A DNA stretch of 63,914 nt, the filler included, from Folioceros fuciformis (taxonomy: Eukaryota), in NCBI GenBank assembly GCA_049999805.1. It is 5 parts of 5 records of this genome, joined end to end, with 100 filler letters (N's around TTAATTAATTAA, not from the genome) between each part and the next. Parts side by side here need not be neighbours in the genome. Positions count along the whole stretch, not along the records: positions 35,047 to 54,135 come from JBNGIO010003140.1; positions 54,236 to 61,796 come from JBNGIO010003141.1; 3 more parts are not named here. One strand, 5' to 3'. Under the pieces are notes generated by a model. That model did not search any database and was not told the origin of the DNA. It saw only the letters and a program-made list of their open reading frames with translations. The stretch's first letter is position 1. Every line of letters begins with the position of its first letter. The position numbers and the translations under genes were made by a program. Shown here in pieces: positions 50,301 through 61,896 of the stretch.

Positions 50301-51699
50301 ACCGCACAGGAAGAGGCGCCCGGCCTTGGGCTTCACAAGCTCTTCTTCTCCGTCCAGGAGCGAACGCCAGTACTTCCTTTGAGTCGCATTGCGTGCCAAG
50401 GTTGCCCTGATGATGGCGCCCTTTCCCTCGGTCTCCCATACGCTCGGTACCCTCACCCTTCCGTAACGTGGTGTTGACTTGGAGGGACTGCATCAAGTCT
50501 CCGAATACGTTATTCGGAGACCAGAAGCTAATGTCCAGCTCAGTCAGAGAAGCGTTGCCCTCCAAAGCTCTCATCACCGCTTTCTTGCAAGAAGCCGCGC
50601 CTCCATAAGGCAAGCGCAGGACACGCAATGATTTCCATTCCGGGAGCAGCTGGGCAAGGCACATCCAACACTCATCACTAACCCCATCATGGTAAAATCG
50701 AAAAAGACAAAGGGTGACGAGGGTGGAGTTGTGGCGCAAGCCGTGGAGGCCGTAAATAGCGTGCAGGGTGGTGACCAGCTCCACGATGCGACGGTTACTG
50801 CGCAGCATTCCGGCCAGGGCGTCTGCCGTGCCTGCCTCCCCGATACTCTTCGATGTCTGCAAACAAAGCTTTGTGACGCCAGAGATAGACATGGAGGAGG
50901 AGGAGGAGGCTGCATCCTCATCATCCTCGCGAACATCACTGCTAGCGAGAGCCGGGGTGAAAGCGAGTTTGAGCACAATGCTCAAAGGCCCCCCGAGGCC
51001 GCCATCGTCACCCAAGGACAACATCCTGAGGGTGGCACACAACGGAAGGGCCTTCGCAATGCACTGGGCTCCCGCCTCATCCATGTGGATGCTCCTCAGG
51101 TCGAGGAGCTTGAGACAGGGCGCAGTGGCCAGCATGCGGGCCAGGTGCTGTGCCCCTTCAGCATCTCCCACGCGGTTGAAGGACAAGACCAGATATTCCA
51201 GGACAGAATCCTTGTTGAGGCCTTCGACCAGGGCACCAAGTCCCGCCGCATCAAGCCCGACACGCACGACTGACAGGCGCTGCAAGCTGCGACTGGAAGC
51301 AATGAGCTGGCCCAGAGCCTTGCAAGCAGCCTGCCTTCCAAATCCTTCACACCGCGACACTTGCAGATCTTGTAGGGAAGGGTTGGATGCCAGACCCTCC
51401 AACAGAACCGACACCTCATCCTCCCGAACCAAGCCGATTCCCCAGTCGTCGTGGATGTTTAGTTTTGGGCCGAGGCTGCGGCAGTTGGCAATGGCTGTCA
51501 ACATCCGCCTGCGCACTCGCCAGTGCCTCGGGCCCTCATCAAGCCCGTCATTTTCTCGCCGCTTGAAGTAGCCCCCGTACTCATCTTCCCGCAGGTCGGG
51601 GAGTCGGGACAAGGCATTCCGTTGCAGATCTAGCAGCAGTTGTTGCAGATCCGCAGGCATCGCGAGCCAGTCCTCCTTCTCCTCCACCTCCTCCGCCAT
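47309..51699 (-). pseudogene. TORNADO1-like Roco protein (LRR-Roc-COR) fused to a C-terminal caspase-like peptidase C14 domain; three lesions
   Basis: RNI-like LRRs 51699-50460. Roc GTPase GAPLAGKTT / RTEGIEI / IWDLAGQ / VVTHKD 50330-49560. COR LHDVGRVI..VVNPQW..GRRLQC..GFFPRFQ. Intron 48754-48842. Caspase 48072-47312 (NAHG, KPKVVIINACRG, FSTSPG.ESLRN..GS, TTLRKKLYW*). Frameshifts at ~50458 and ~47498; in-frame TAA at 49533. Confidence 0.9.
49975..50130 (-). repeat. 54-bp in-frame tandem repeat (~2.7 copies) inside the Roc domain
   Basis: TGTTSETEGMESEVLRND / TGTISETEGLESEVLRND / TGTLRTEGIEIEALPND. Confidence 0.85.
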
Positions 51700-52223
51700 G
51701 CTGCGCAATGCTATGCTATGCTACGCTAAGCTAAGCTGTGCTCCACAGGACAAGAACAAGAAGCAAGCAAGTATGGTGCGTGTGATGTGGGTTCCGGGGC
51801 AGCACCATGCAAAGGGGTGGGGGGGAGGGGGCTCGGGGAGTTGTGGCCGCCTGGGTGGCAAGATAGATATATCATCTCATGTAGGGTTTAGGGTGGTTTG
51901 GCAGCAGGGCGATCGTCCTCGTCTGCCTCTAGCCTCGGCAGTGGCCAATGGGAAAGAGTCTAAACTACGGGAAGCAACGAGGCCATGTTGATTATGATTC
52001 TCACCCTAGTATCAGAGACATGGTATGCATTCTGTGCATTCTGATGGCGCGGGCGAGGCGTGGCGGGGCGAGTGTGCCTTCCGTTTTGCATGAAGCGCAA
52101 ATGGTAGCAATGCCTGCCTGGCCTGGCCTGGCCTAGCGTTGGCCCGGCTGGAGGCCTGGCTTCCTGTCTGGATTGTTGCATCCCATTCGTGAAGCAAGCG
52201 AGGCAAGCAAACGGCGCGGGAAG

Positions 52224-53119
52224 ATGGTGGCATCAGGGCAGCAGCGGGGCGTGGTGAGAGCTGCAGTCACAGAGGACAACATGGCGGTGCTGGAGAAGAC
52301 AACGGAGCATCTGCGAGAGCTGGATCGGCTGCGCAAGGAGCAGGACACCGTGCTCCGCAAGATCAACAAAATTCACGCCAAGCTGTTCCAGATAGACATA
52401 TAGACATATGCAAGGCTGAGAAATTAGGGGATAAGCTCCGGGTGAAGCTCCGTGGCTTGTATATGACAGCAAAGTCTCTAGCATAACAAGAGGAACAGTG
52501 AAACGTCGCTGGATTGTATCAGGGAGCCGGATTCTTTTTTGGCTCCTGTGCAAGGGCCTTCAAACAGTAAGAAACCATATGCGAGTGAACACAAGAGAAA
52601 GAAAGCTAATCAGGATAATGAGCCTGTGCGGCTGGCATCTCCAGTGCCCCCTCATGCCTATCGACCATTCAACCATCTCCCCTGGTGATCAGGTAGCAGC
52701 TAAGATGTCTGCGAATGAGGCAGAGAAGGATGACTGGATGGTGCTGAAAGTCACACAGCTAAGGTGTCTGCGAATGAGGCAGAGAAGGATGACTGGATTG
52801 TGGTGAAAGTCACACGGTTTGACCGTGAAAACAAACCGTATGAAGTCATAGACGAAGAATCTGGTGACGAGGAGGAGAGTGGGCAAAGGAAATACAGTTC
52901 CCCAAGCGGACAGATCCATCTAGTGCTCAAGATTTTCTTGTTGGCTCACAAGTTTTGGCTTTGTACAGGGCAGTCCTTGTAGGTCCTGCAAGAAAGCGAA
53001 AGAGTGACGACTACTTGCTACAGTTCGATGACGATGAGGAAGAGGGGGTGGACGGCCTCCCGGAGCGTTCTGTCGTGTTCAACTATGTCATCCACCTCCC
53101 AAAAGACCATCGTCAATGA
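52224..53119 (+). pseudogene. SGF29: SGF29 (SAGA double-Tudor) intronless, decayed copy; probable retrocopy
   Basis: RELDRLRKEQDTVLRKINKIHAKL, GDQVAAK..AEKDDW.VVKV..FDRE..YEVIDEESGDEEESGQRKY and RKRKSDDYLLQFDDDEEE..LPERSV..VIHLPKDHRQ*. Deletions, frameshifts and a ~59-bp internal duplication (52697-52816). No introns seen. Confidence 0.88.
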
Positions 53120-53323
53120 GTGGCAGGATATGGGCACCCTAATCGGGAGTCATGCTTGCTAGGGGGCTGCTGCTGTGCTCTGTCACAGGGGGCATGGTGA
53201 TGTCTTAGTGCATCCTGTTTACATAGGTTCTGGAGGAGAAGATACTTTGATCGAAGTGCACCCTTATGGCGAAAGAAGGAAAGAAGGAAAGCCTGGTAGG
53301 ACTTTGAGGCAACTTGTGCGCAG

Positions 53324-54135
53324 GAGCATGGACATCCATCGCGTGAACAACAATATGGGGCGATCCACACCCTCTGCGATTGTCAAGGACACTCCCTGTC
53401 CTGTCTGTGCTCAACTCTACCGCGGTGTCAAGGGGGTCAAAACCCACATCGGGCACATGCACAAAGATTTCGACCTGACTACCTGGGCTGCCCAAGTGCA
53501 TGTCGCCACCTCCTCCAGTTCCGCTGCCCAGGCTCCGGCGCACAGTACCCTCCTCCTTGGGGTGCCCCTTTCGTCCTGGGAATGGTTGCGTAGTCAGCTG
53601 GATCACATCCTTGGAAAGATTGAAACCCGCTTTCCATGTCCGCGCATCTTCCGCAGGCTTCCCCGGCACCTCCACGATGATGCCCGTCTGGCGTTCCGTC
53701 TTCCACTAGATCGCCTCGTGCTCGATCCCCAGGATGAGTCAGCTTGGTGCCTCCTCCTGCTTCTCCCCCGATGGTGCCTTCGGTGCACTAGGGGGGGGGG
53801 CTTCCGGGCACCGAGAAGTTGCTTGCCGCCTTCGGCGCTTTCGGGCTGGAGACTGGGAGGCCCTCCAGGAGGAGGCTGTGCGTGCAGCCAAGGCGCGGGC
53901 GGAATCTGCACAGCAGTCGAAACAAGTCCCGGGTAATGCAACAAACCTACGCCGTTGCAAGTTGCTCGGCCAAGCGGGTGAAAATGCACGCGCTGCTAGG
54001 GCTCTTCGACCCCTCCCTCTGGCCCCTGCTTCAGAAGAGACCATTGCCGCCCTTCGTGCCCTCCACCCGGCACCTAAGGATGCCATCCCCCCAGACATAT
54101 TCGACTATGTCCCAGAGGATCCCTTCTCCCTGGAC
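53324..54135 (+). mobile_element. Non-LTR retrotransposon 5' part (CRE/RLE-like), cut by the gap
   Basis: C2H2 finger CPVCAQLYRGVKGVKTHIGHMH, then AWCLLLLLPRWCL..RGG..RLRRFRAGDWEAL and G..ARAARAL..APASEETIAALRALHP, the pre-RT region of CRE-like elements. Frameshift in the G-run at ~53790-53800. Confidence 0.7.
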
Positions 54136-54235
54136 NNNNNNNNNNNNNNNNNNNNNNNNNNNNNNNNNNNNNNNNNNNNTTAATTAATTAANNNNNNNNN
54201 NNNNNNNNNNNNNNNNNNNNNNNNNNNNNNNNNNN

Positions 54236-55202
54236 GTGGTCCTATTAAAATAATATTTCTCAAGTTAGAGAGAGGTGAAGTTAGAGAGAGAGAGAGGCTC
54301 CTATAAGATCAGGTGAGCCTGTAGGAGGAGGGAGTCATTCACTTTGGGAGTCAGTCTATCTCTTCGTGAGCTCTTGGAGGTCCTCTCTTCATGAGCTCTT
54401 GTGGTCTGTCCCTGCTTGGTTTAGGACCTGCAATGTGTTGCCGACTGTGCAACGTCTGCGTGTTGCCGGCTGTATAGTGTCTGGTAGGATCGCAGGCAGC
54501 GTGTTGCCGGCTGTACAGTGTCTGGTAGGATCGCGGGCAGCGTGTTGCCGGCTGTACAGTGTCTGGTAGGATTGCGGGCAGCGTGTTGCCGGTTGTATAG
54601 TGTCTGGTAGGATCACAAGGTGTAATGACCAGGGTGAAGGGGCTTGCCCCTAGCTCTTGATTGTAAAGGATGTGTCTTTCTCTCGACCTGTCCACTCTTG
54701 TTCCTTGCTTGGACAAGTGCTGTAGGCCGGCCATGTTTCATGGTGTCTGGTGAGGTTGTGGGGGGGAGATACCCAAGAGGGGAGTGTGTTCCCTTCTTTC
54801 TTTTCTTTGGGGTTAGTCTAGTGACTCTTGCCGGGTAAGAGGAGTCAATAGGGAAGTGTAGAAGGTAGTAGTGTTATTGTTAGTTGCTGGTGTTGGTGCT
54901 GGAGTGAGCGAGTGAGTGAAGTGAGTGAGGGAAGTCGCAGATCTAAGAGGTTAGGGCCGTTGTAGTTACTGGAGTGAGTTTGTGGGCACCGAGAGAGGTG
55001 CAGCTAACCGCCGGACAGCGAGGCCTGTCCTACGCCTGATCAGAGCTGGAGGGGAGCCCTCGAATCCATCATCGAGTCGATCAAGTCCGACCCTCCATCC
55101 ACAGCAGCAAGGAACCCCATCGCTCCTTCGTGGGAACGAAACCCAATGTCTCAACGACAGTGGGATAAGTGTGGCCACTAAAGGTGGAACCCGTTGGCAA
55201 TC
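54236..55202. mobile_element. LTR-like non-coding segment truncating the RNase H of copia 2
   Basis: RNase H similarity stops just after CDNQGVIA..NP, and unrelated sequence begins TGATTGCC on the minus strand. Contains GA-rich tracts and a tandem repeat. Confidence 0.4.
54455..54615 (+). repeat. 41-bp tandem repeat, ~4 copies
   Basis: GCGTGTTGCCGGCTGTAYAGTGTCTGGTAGGATCGCRGGCA is repeated. Confidence 0.9.
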
Positions 55203-58200
55203 AGTGCCCGGGGTTTTGCCTCCACAGCTATCACTCCCTGATTGTCACAATGTATCACTGTTGCCTCGATTTGTGCCATGCCCACATCAGCTACGTTCCT
55301 CCTGCACCAAATTGCTTCCTTTGCAGCTACCGTGAGTGCTTTATATTCTACTTTTGTACTGGAGGTAGAGATTGTGTTCTGCTTCTTGCTCATCCAACAT
55401 ATGGGACCACCAGCTAACATGAACACGAATGCAGACAGCGACTTCCTGCTATCCAAGTCTTACGCCCAATCCGAGTCTGAGAATCCTTCCAAGGTAAGCA
55501 GACTCCCTTCAGCTCCTGCATACATGATGCCATGTGTGGGAGTTTGTTTTAAATACCTGAAGGTTCTTTTCACCTAACTCCAGTGTTCTGGACTTGGGTT
55601 TTCCAGGTACTGCGACTCCAAACTAACCGAGAATGCTATGTCTAGTCGAGAGACGTTTGCTAAGTAAATCAATGTCCCCACTGCATGCCTGTACAGGGTC
55701 CTTGCCATCTCCTCTATCTCTTCTAGTGTGAGGGGAGTCGACTCCGTGTGAGCTTTACACCAGTAGCAAGCGGGGTAGTTGACCCATTCGCATTTTCCAG
55801 GTTGAATTTCTTTAAGCTGTCTCGTACATACTTGTGTTGGCAAATGGTCAACTTCCTAACACTTCTCTCTCTGCTTATCTCGATCCCCAGACACCAAGTG
55901 AGCTCTTCTAGCTCAGTCATCTCGAATTCTTTCCTGAGAAGTACTTTGACCTTTTGCAACAAGCTGCACCTACCCTTGGTTGCAGCCAAAACCAGGTCGT
56001 CAACGTACAGCAGTAGGATCAAAAATGCTTCTCCTTCACTCCTGACATACAGACTTGGGTCTGCAGTACCCTGCTTGAAGCCTAGCTTTTTCACGTAAGC
56101 GTCTATACAATGGTTCCAAGCCCGTGGGCTTTGCTTTAGCCCGTACATGGTTTTTACCAACTTGCATACTAAGTGCTCCGTTCCAGGTTTGACGTATCCC
56201 TTCGGCTGCTCCATATACAACTCTTCTTCAAGTTTGTCGTGCAGGAAGGCCATTTTCACGTCCATCTGCTCCAAATCAAGGTCCAGGTGTGCTGCCAGTG
56301 CCAGCACCATCCTCAAAGTTGTAAACTTTACAACCAGAGCAAAGGTATCATTAAAGTCCACTCCTCGAATATGAGAGAATCCTCGGGCAACCAGTCGTGC
56401 CTTGTACCTTTCTATGTTGCCGTCAACTTTCATTTTTCTCTTGAAGACCCACTTGCACGAAATTGGCTTTCGTCCTTTCGGTAACTCAACCAGCACCCAA
56501 GTTCCATTCTGAATTATTGATGCATATTCATCGTCGACAGCTCTCTTCCACTGTTTGGCCTCTAGCCCTGAGTACCCTTGTGTCTGTGATACAGGTTCAG
56601 TCGAGTCTGTTGTGGCTGTCAGCAACGCTTGGACAAAGGCATTTGAGGGCTGGGAATCTTCAAGAGTTTCTGCATTGTCACTTGACTGTTCATCTGCTAA
56701 TTGTACACCCATTGAGAATTGCTCAGAGGTAACTAGAATGTCTGCAACTCTGGCCCTTGACCCTTTCACTTTTGCTTTAGACTTGTTCGTACGCCAGTCC
56801 TCCATCTCCAGCGGGGGTTCCTTCCAGGGAATGTTCCAACCTCTTAGATTGTAACCACTTCTTGGTTCAGCTGCAGGAGCTTCCTCCACTCTAGGTATAT
56901 TTTACCATCAAGCATATCCTAATCTGCCTGCTAAGCCAAGCCAGAGTTGTCCACAGTATTGCTGTCAACATCAGCCTCTTCATCTTCAGGTGCAAGAGTT
57001 CCTTCACCCTGCTCGAAGTAGAATACTTCTGCATCTGCTGTTTCAACATAACCTCCTGCAGGAGACCACTTGAGGGCATCTTCATCCTCGAAGTCGAACT
57101 AATCACCTACCCCATCATCAGAACCTGCACTAAAATTAGGTAATGCAGTGCCCGGTGGTTTCAGCAGACTTCTCTCATCAAAAACTACGCTCCTTGCATG
57201 ACTAACAGCCCGAGACACAGGGTCATAGAACTTATATGCTTTTATACCATTTGTATAGCCAATGAAGAATAACTTTTGGGCCATGTCTTGCAGCTTAGTT
57301 TTCCTCTTCGGCTTGGGAACAAACTCATACGCTAGTGAACCAAAAATGCGCAAATGCTGGACAGCTGGCTTCCGTCCCCACCAGGCCTTGAACGATGTAG
57401 TACCAGGTAGCACTCTCGTGGGCAGTCTATTCAGCAAGTAGTTTGCAGTATTTATGGCCTCCGCCTAGTAACTTCGAGGCAAATGTGCTTGCTTAAGCAG
57501 AGCCCGGGCCATCTCCTGCAGAAGCTGGTTCTTCTTCTCAGCAACCCCATTGAGTTGTGCAGTGTACAGTACAGTCAGCTGTCGTTGGATGCCGAGACCC
57601 CGACAATAAGCTTGAAATTCTCCCGAGGTATATTCCCCACCATTGTTGGATTGAAGGCATCGTAAGCTACGGCCATGATGACGCTCTCCTAGCAACAAAT
57701 AATCCTTGAAGTGCTGCAAAGTCTCACTTTTGTGTTTGAGAATGTACAACATACAATAAGGAGTGTAGTCATCCATAAAGGTTAAGAAGAAGGAGCCTCC
57801 ACCAATAGACGATACCGAGATGGGACCACAGATGTCTGAATGAACGAGGTCCAACGGGGCAGCAGCCCGATGTGCTCCAGACTTGTCAAATGGTAACTCA
57901 TGGTGCTTTCCATATATGCATGCTTCGCACAGAGACAAATCCCCCACTTGATCTGGAATCCCATCTGAATACATTGTGCTTTTTGACATGGCCAGAAGCC
58001 TGCCACCATGAGGATGTCCACAACGTAAGTGCCAGACAGTTGCAACTTCCTCCGGAGACAGGTTACCCCCAATGCCAGCAACATGTAGCTCAGGTAACTT
58101 GCTGCTTGCTATGCTTAGCTGATAAATGTCATTAACAGGGTACCCTTCTGCAATAGCTACACAAGGATCCGTACTTTGGACTATCGTGCACTTATCCTCT

Positions 58201-60616
58201 GTAAACAAAACTTGCATTGGCTGATTTGAAGTTAGTTTCTGTATTGACAGCAGATTTTTCGTAACTGCAGGTACATACAGAACATCATCCAGCTCCAAGC
58301 TTCGGTCTTTATGCAGCTGCAACCTGACTTTGCCAGTTCCAATGATAGGTAATGTGCTTTCGTCTCCCAACATCACCAACTGTGCTTCACTGTACGGTGC
58401 ATACTCACTGAAGCAAGCCTTATTGTGGCATATGTGCGCAGAGGCACCAAAATCAACGAACCAGTCTGAGGTTTGAGAACGAGAAGTGGTAAGGCACACA
58501 GTCAGGATTACTTGTGCCGACTTCTTCTTTGGTGCACGCACTGTATGTGCTTCAGGAGCTACAGCAGCACCTTCCTTCCTAGGCTCTCCGGCCTTCTTGC
58601 GGCAATCACGTGCCCAATGGCCAAGTATTCCGCACCAGTTGCAGTTACCTGCTCGCTTCTGATTGCTTGAGCTCTGTCCAGGTCCGCTTGACCTTCCTCC
58701 TCAACTTGCATTCCATGACCCCCTCTAGCTTGATTAAAGGGTTTTCCCCTACCAGCAAACAGGGCTTGCTGACCCTGTGTCTGCTGTCTTCCAGATCTGG
58801 AGGACAGCCTCGTGGCTTCCTCCTGCAGCATAGCACCAACAACACCGTTAAATGTCATGGGATCTGAGTCTATCTTCAAGGCTTTCGAGATTCTGGCTTC
58901 GACCTTTGCCATAGCCTGCTGGCCAGTAACAAACGGCCCAAAACTTGGAGGTAATGAGCTTAGCAGCCTGCATGCTGCTTCATAGTCAGTGACTTTAGTG
59001 CCTGTGGAGCTTAGCTCAGCACGTGCAATGCGAAATCTAGCAATGTAGTGCTCAACTGACTCTCCCTCTATCATTCGCAGGCCATGGTACCTTGCAAAGG
59101 CGGACATGGATGCGACCATGTCGTGGGAGGCGAACATCATTGCCAAATGATCCCACATGTCCTTGTCTGAGTCCCCTGGGCCATCGGAAGCCTGACATAG
59201 CATCTCTAGAGCCAGGCGTGACCTGATGAGGTTCCTGGCTTTGTTGTCTACGATGCTCCACACTGGGAAGTCAGCTAAGGTTACTTCAGGCTTTGGTACA
59301 TCTCCACTTACCACGCCCCATAGGTTTTTCTCTTCAAGAGTTCCTTGCATTCGCATAACCCATAGGTCATATTCATTGCCTATGACCAGACGGTCCTTCT
59401 CTTTAAAACCACCGCTGGTCATTGACTGCAGACCAGCAAGCATTTCGTCCCTTGCTTTATCGTCTTCGTCCATGTTGAAGTTTCTAAACAACCGGTAATT
59501 CTCGTGTGAGAGTTTTGTGTTCACTGATGCACGGTCAAGATCCACATCAACTTTTTTGTTCAAGTCATCATCTTCATCACTAAACTCGAAGAGTCCAACT
59601 TCCTGCACAAGCTTCCTTAGCCATTCAGGTGTAGTGTACAAACTCTCCTACTCACTCATAAATCAACAGCTCTCAACATGAGCTGAGTCGACTTGCCTTG
59701 ACTAACACACTGCATAGGTTGGACGATACTGCCTGGACTGACTTATCTGAGTGGCTCTCTCATTTTCCTGCAACTGTGGCTTCATGAGTACAAAGATTTT
59801 CAGGTCTCTGTTTAAGGTGTTCTTCTAACCTAGCAATGTTGTCTGTCAAGGTATCCAAGGTGGTGAGGATGTGTTGTGTACGACACAAGGTTGTGCTATT
59901 GATGTTGTCCAGACGATGGGTTAAATTCTGAATTGCAGCAGTGAGAGACTCTCCAGTTTCTATTATATATGGCTGAAACTGCTGTCGTGACTCGGGTTCC
60001 CTTTGCCTGCCTAGCACAGACTTACGGTAAGCATGAATGCTTGGATTAGACGTGGCTAGGTTAGGAATACGCTCATATTGCTGATGATTAACATACCTCA
60101 TGCTTCTAGGCAGTGGGAAGTTTGAAATTTCGTAAGGTGGGACGGGATGTACAGTCCTATGCTGATTGCCTCCATTGTAGCGACATTGAGCCATTCTAAG
60201 GGACAGGACTGGCCATCTCCTCAGGTTCTGACTTCACTTAGTTGCTGTGCAGGACCAGGACAAGTGCTACACGCGCCTTGCAACGTTCTTGCTGAGTCCT
60301 CCTACGGCAGTCCTCACTCTCTTTCGGATGCGAAGGGCTCTCTTCTTCCTCGCCTGCTCATCACGCCATAGCACTGCTTCCACAACTCAATCGATCATGA
60401 AAGCAAGCTCCGGATTCATAAACTGGCGCAGGAACATCATCCATTCCACCCACTGAGGCAAAGTCAGGCTGCTCATGGTGACAGGTATCCGAGATTCTCT
60501 AACTTGTGTGCAGGGTGTTGGTGCGATCCATAAGTTTTCTGTCTAGGTAATAGAAATGATTGCGCCTCGATAGAGGGCGCAGGAGTTGCATCAACGCTTG
60601 GCCTGCTCTGATACCA
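55203..60616 (-). mobile_element. Ty1/copia LTR retrotransposon 2, degenerate
   Basis: PBS 60605-60616; gag 59641-58600; frameshifted Zn-knuckle CNWCGILGHWARDC; protease WFVDFGASAHIC; integrase HSDICGP..NNGGEY..NGVAEKKN; RT KWVFKRK/YKARLVARG/QMDV/LYVDD; RNase H FSDSDWA..WMSKKQ..CDNQ. Confidence 0.93.
60605..60616 (-). promoter_or_regulatory. Primer-binding site (tRNA-iMet) of copia element 2
   Basis: Perfect TGGTATCAGAGC on the minus strand, directly after CA (LTR end at 60617). Confidence 0.85.
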
Positions 60617-60919
60617 TGATGTTTTTACAGCATGCGTGTATATATGAGCAGCACGAGCTTGAGCTTTTAGAATGCACTCGGGCGTGCGTGCACGATGAAG
60701 TGTAGCAATTAGACACGATTGGTTTGGTTTCTTGGCAAGTAACTTAACTACGGTTATAACCGTCTATGTAACCCTAACCTAATTTGTAAGGAACTATAAA
60801 TATATTTATTATCTATCTATATAAACCTAACCTACGACGGTACGAACATTAATCCTCCCAACAGAACACAGGGACTCGCATGAAGAAGATGCAAGTTTCA
60901 TTCCAACGCCACAAAAGCA

Positions 60920-61410
60920 CCCACAATCTCACAAACACAAGCACAACACTCTATTCTCTTATTAAACACTTAAGTTTATGCTCCTTCAACACTCACAAAA
61001 CCTTCCACGGGTCACCAATATCTCTCGCTTTGCACTCTCTATTCTTGCTCGCTATGCTCATAACTACTTCAAATCAACGAAAGGTTAGCTTATATAGCGG
61101 TTAATCCTCGGCAACAGCGCCAAAATGTAGAGCTAGGATAAGTACTCCAGGATATCAAACTCGAGGATTCACTACGAAGATCTACAAACACAAATCCAAC
61201 ATACAACTGCACAATCTCACACAATCTCTGCAAACACTCAATCTCTTATTAATCTCTTGCGTTTCTGCGCTCTCAATATCACAATCTCAAACCCTCCACG
61301 GGTCACCAATCTCTCTCTCTTTCTCTTTCTCTCTTGTGCTTTTTGTGAAGCTCTCTCTGAGCTCACAATCTCATAATAAATTAAAACTATCAAAACTCTA
61401 GCTTATATAG
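60920..61410 (+). repeat. Diverged direct repeat (~190 bp x2) in the putative 5' LTR region
   Basis: CACAATCTCACA..CCACGGGTCACCAATMTCTCTC..GCTTATATAG occurs at ~60920-61100 and ~61210-61410. Confidence 0.6.
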
Positions 61411-61539
61411 TAGCCAACCCTAGCTAAACTGCAAGTTAAAAGATAACCCAATGCGAGTTAAGCTTAATCTAATTAAAGCAATTAAAATTTGATCTTCACT
61501 TAATTCTTCCGCTTTAGCTTAGTCTTGAACTTTATTCCT

Positions 61540-61796
61540 CTGCATTAGATCTTGCCAAAGAGTGGTTAACATACTCTCCCCGATTTATCTGCATTCAATC
61601 TTGCAAAATAGTGGTTAACATACTATCCCCAATTTATCTGCATTCGATCTTGCAAAATAGTGGTTAACATACTCTCCCCAATTTATCTGCATTCGATCTT
61701 GCAAAAGAGTGGTTAACATACTCTCCTCAATTTATCTGGAAGTGCCCTTGCAAAAGAGTGGTTAACATACTCTCCCCAATTTATCTGGAAGCACCC
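61540..61796 (+). repeat. 51-bp tandem repeat, ~5 copies, running into the gap
   Basis: CTTGCAAAAKAGTGGTTAACATACTCTCCCCAATTTATCTG is repeated. Confidence 0.9.
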
Positions 61797-61896
61797 NNNN
61801 NNNNNNNNNNNNNNNNNNNNNNNNNNNNNNNNNNNNNNNNTTAATTAATTAANNNNNNNNNNNNNNNNNNNNNNNNNNNNNNNNNNNNNNNNNNNN

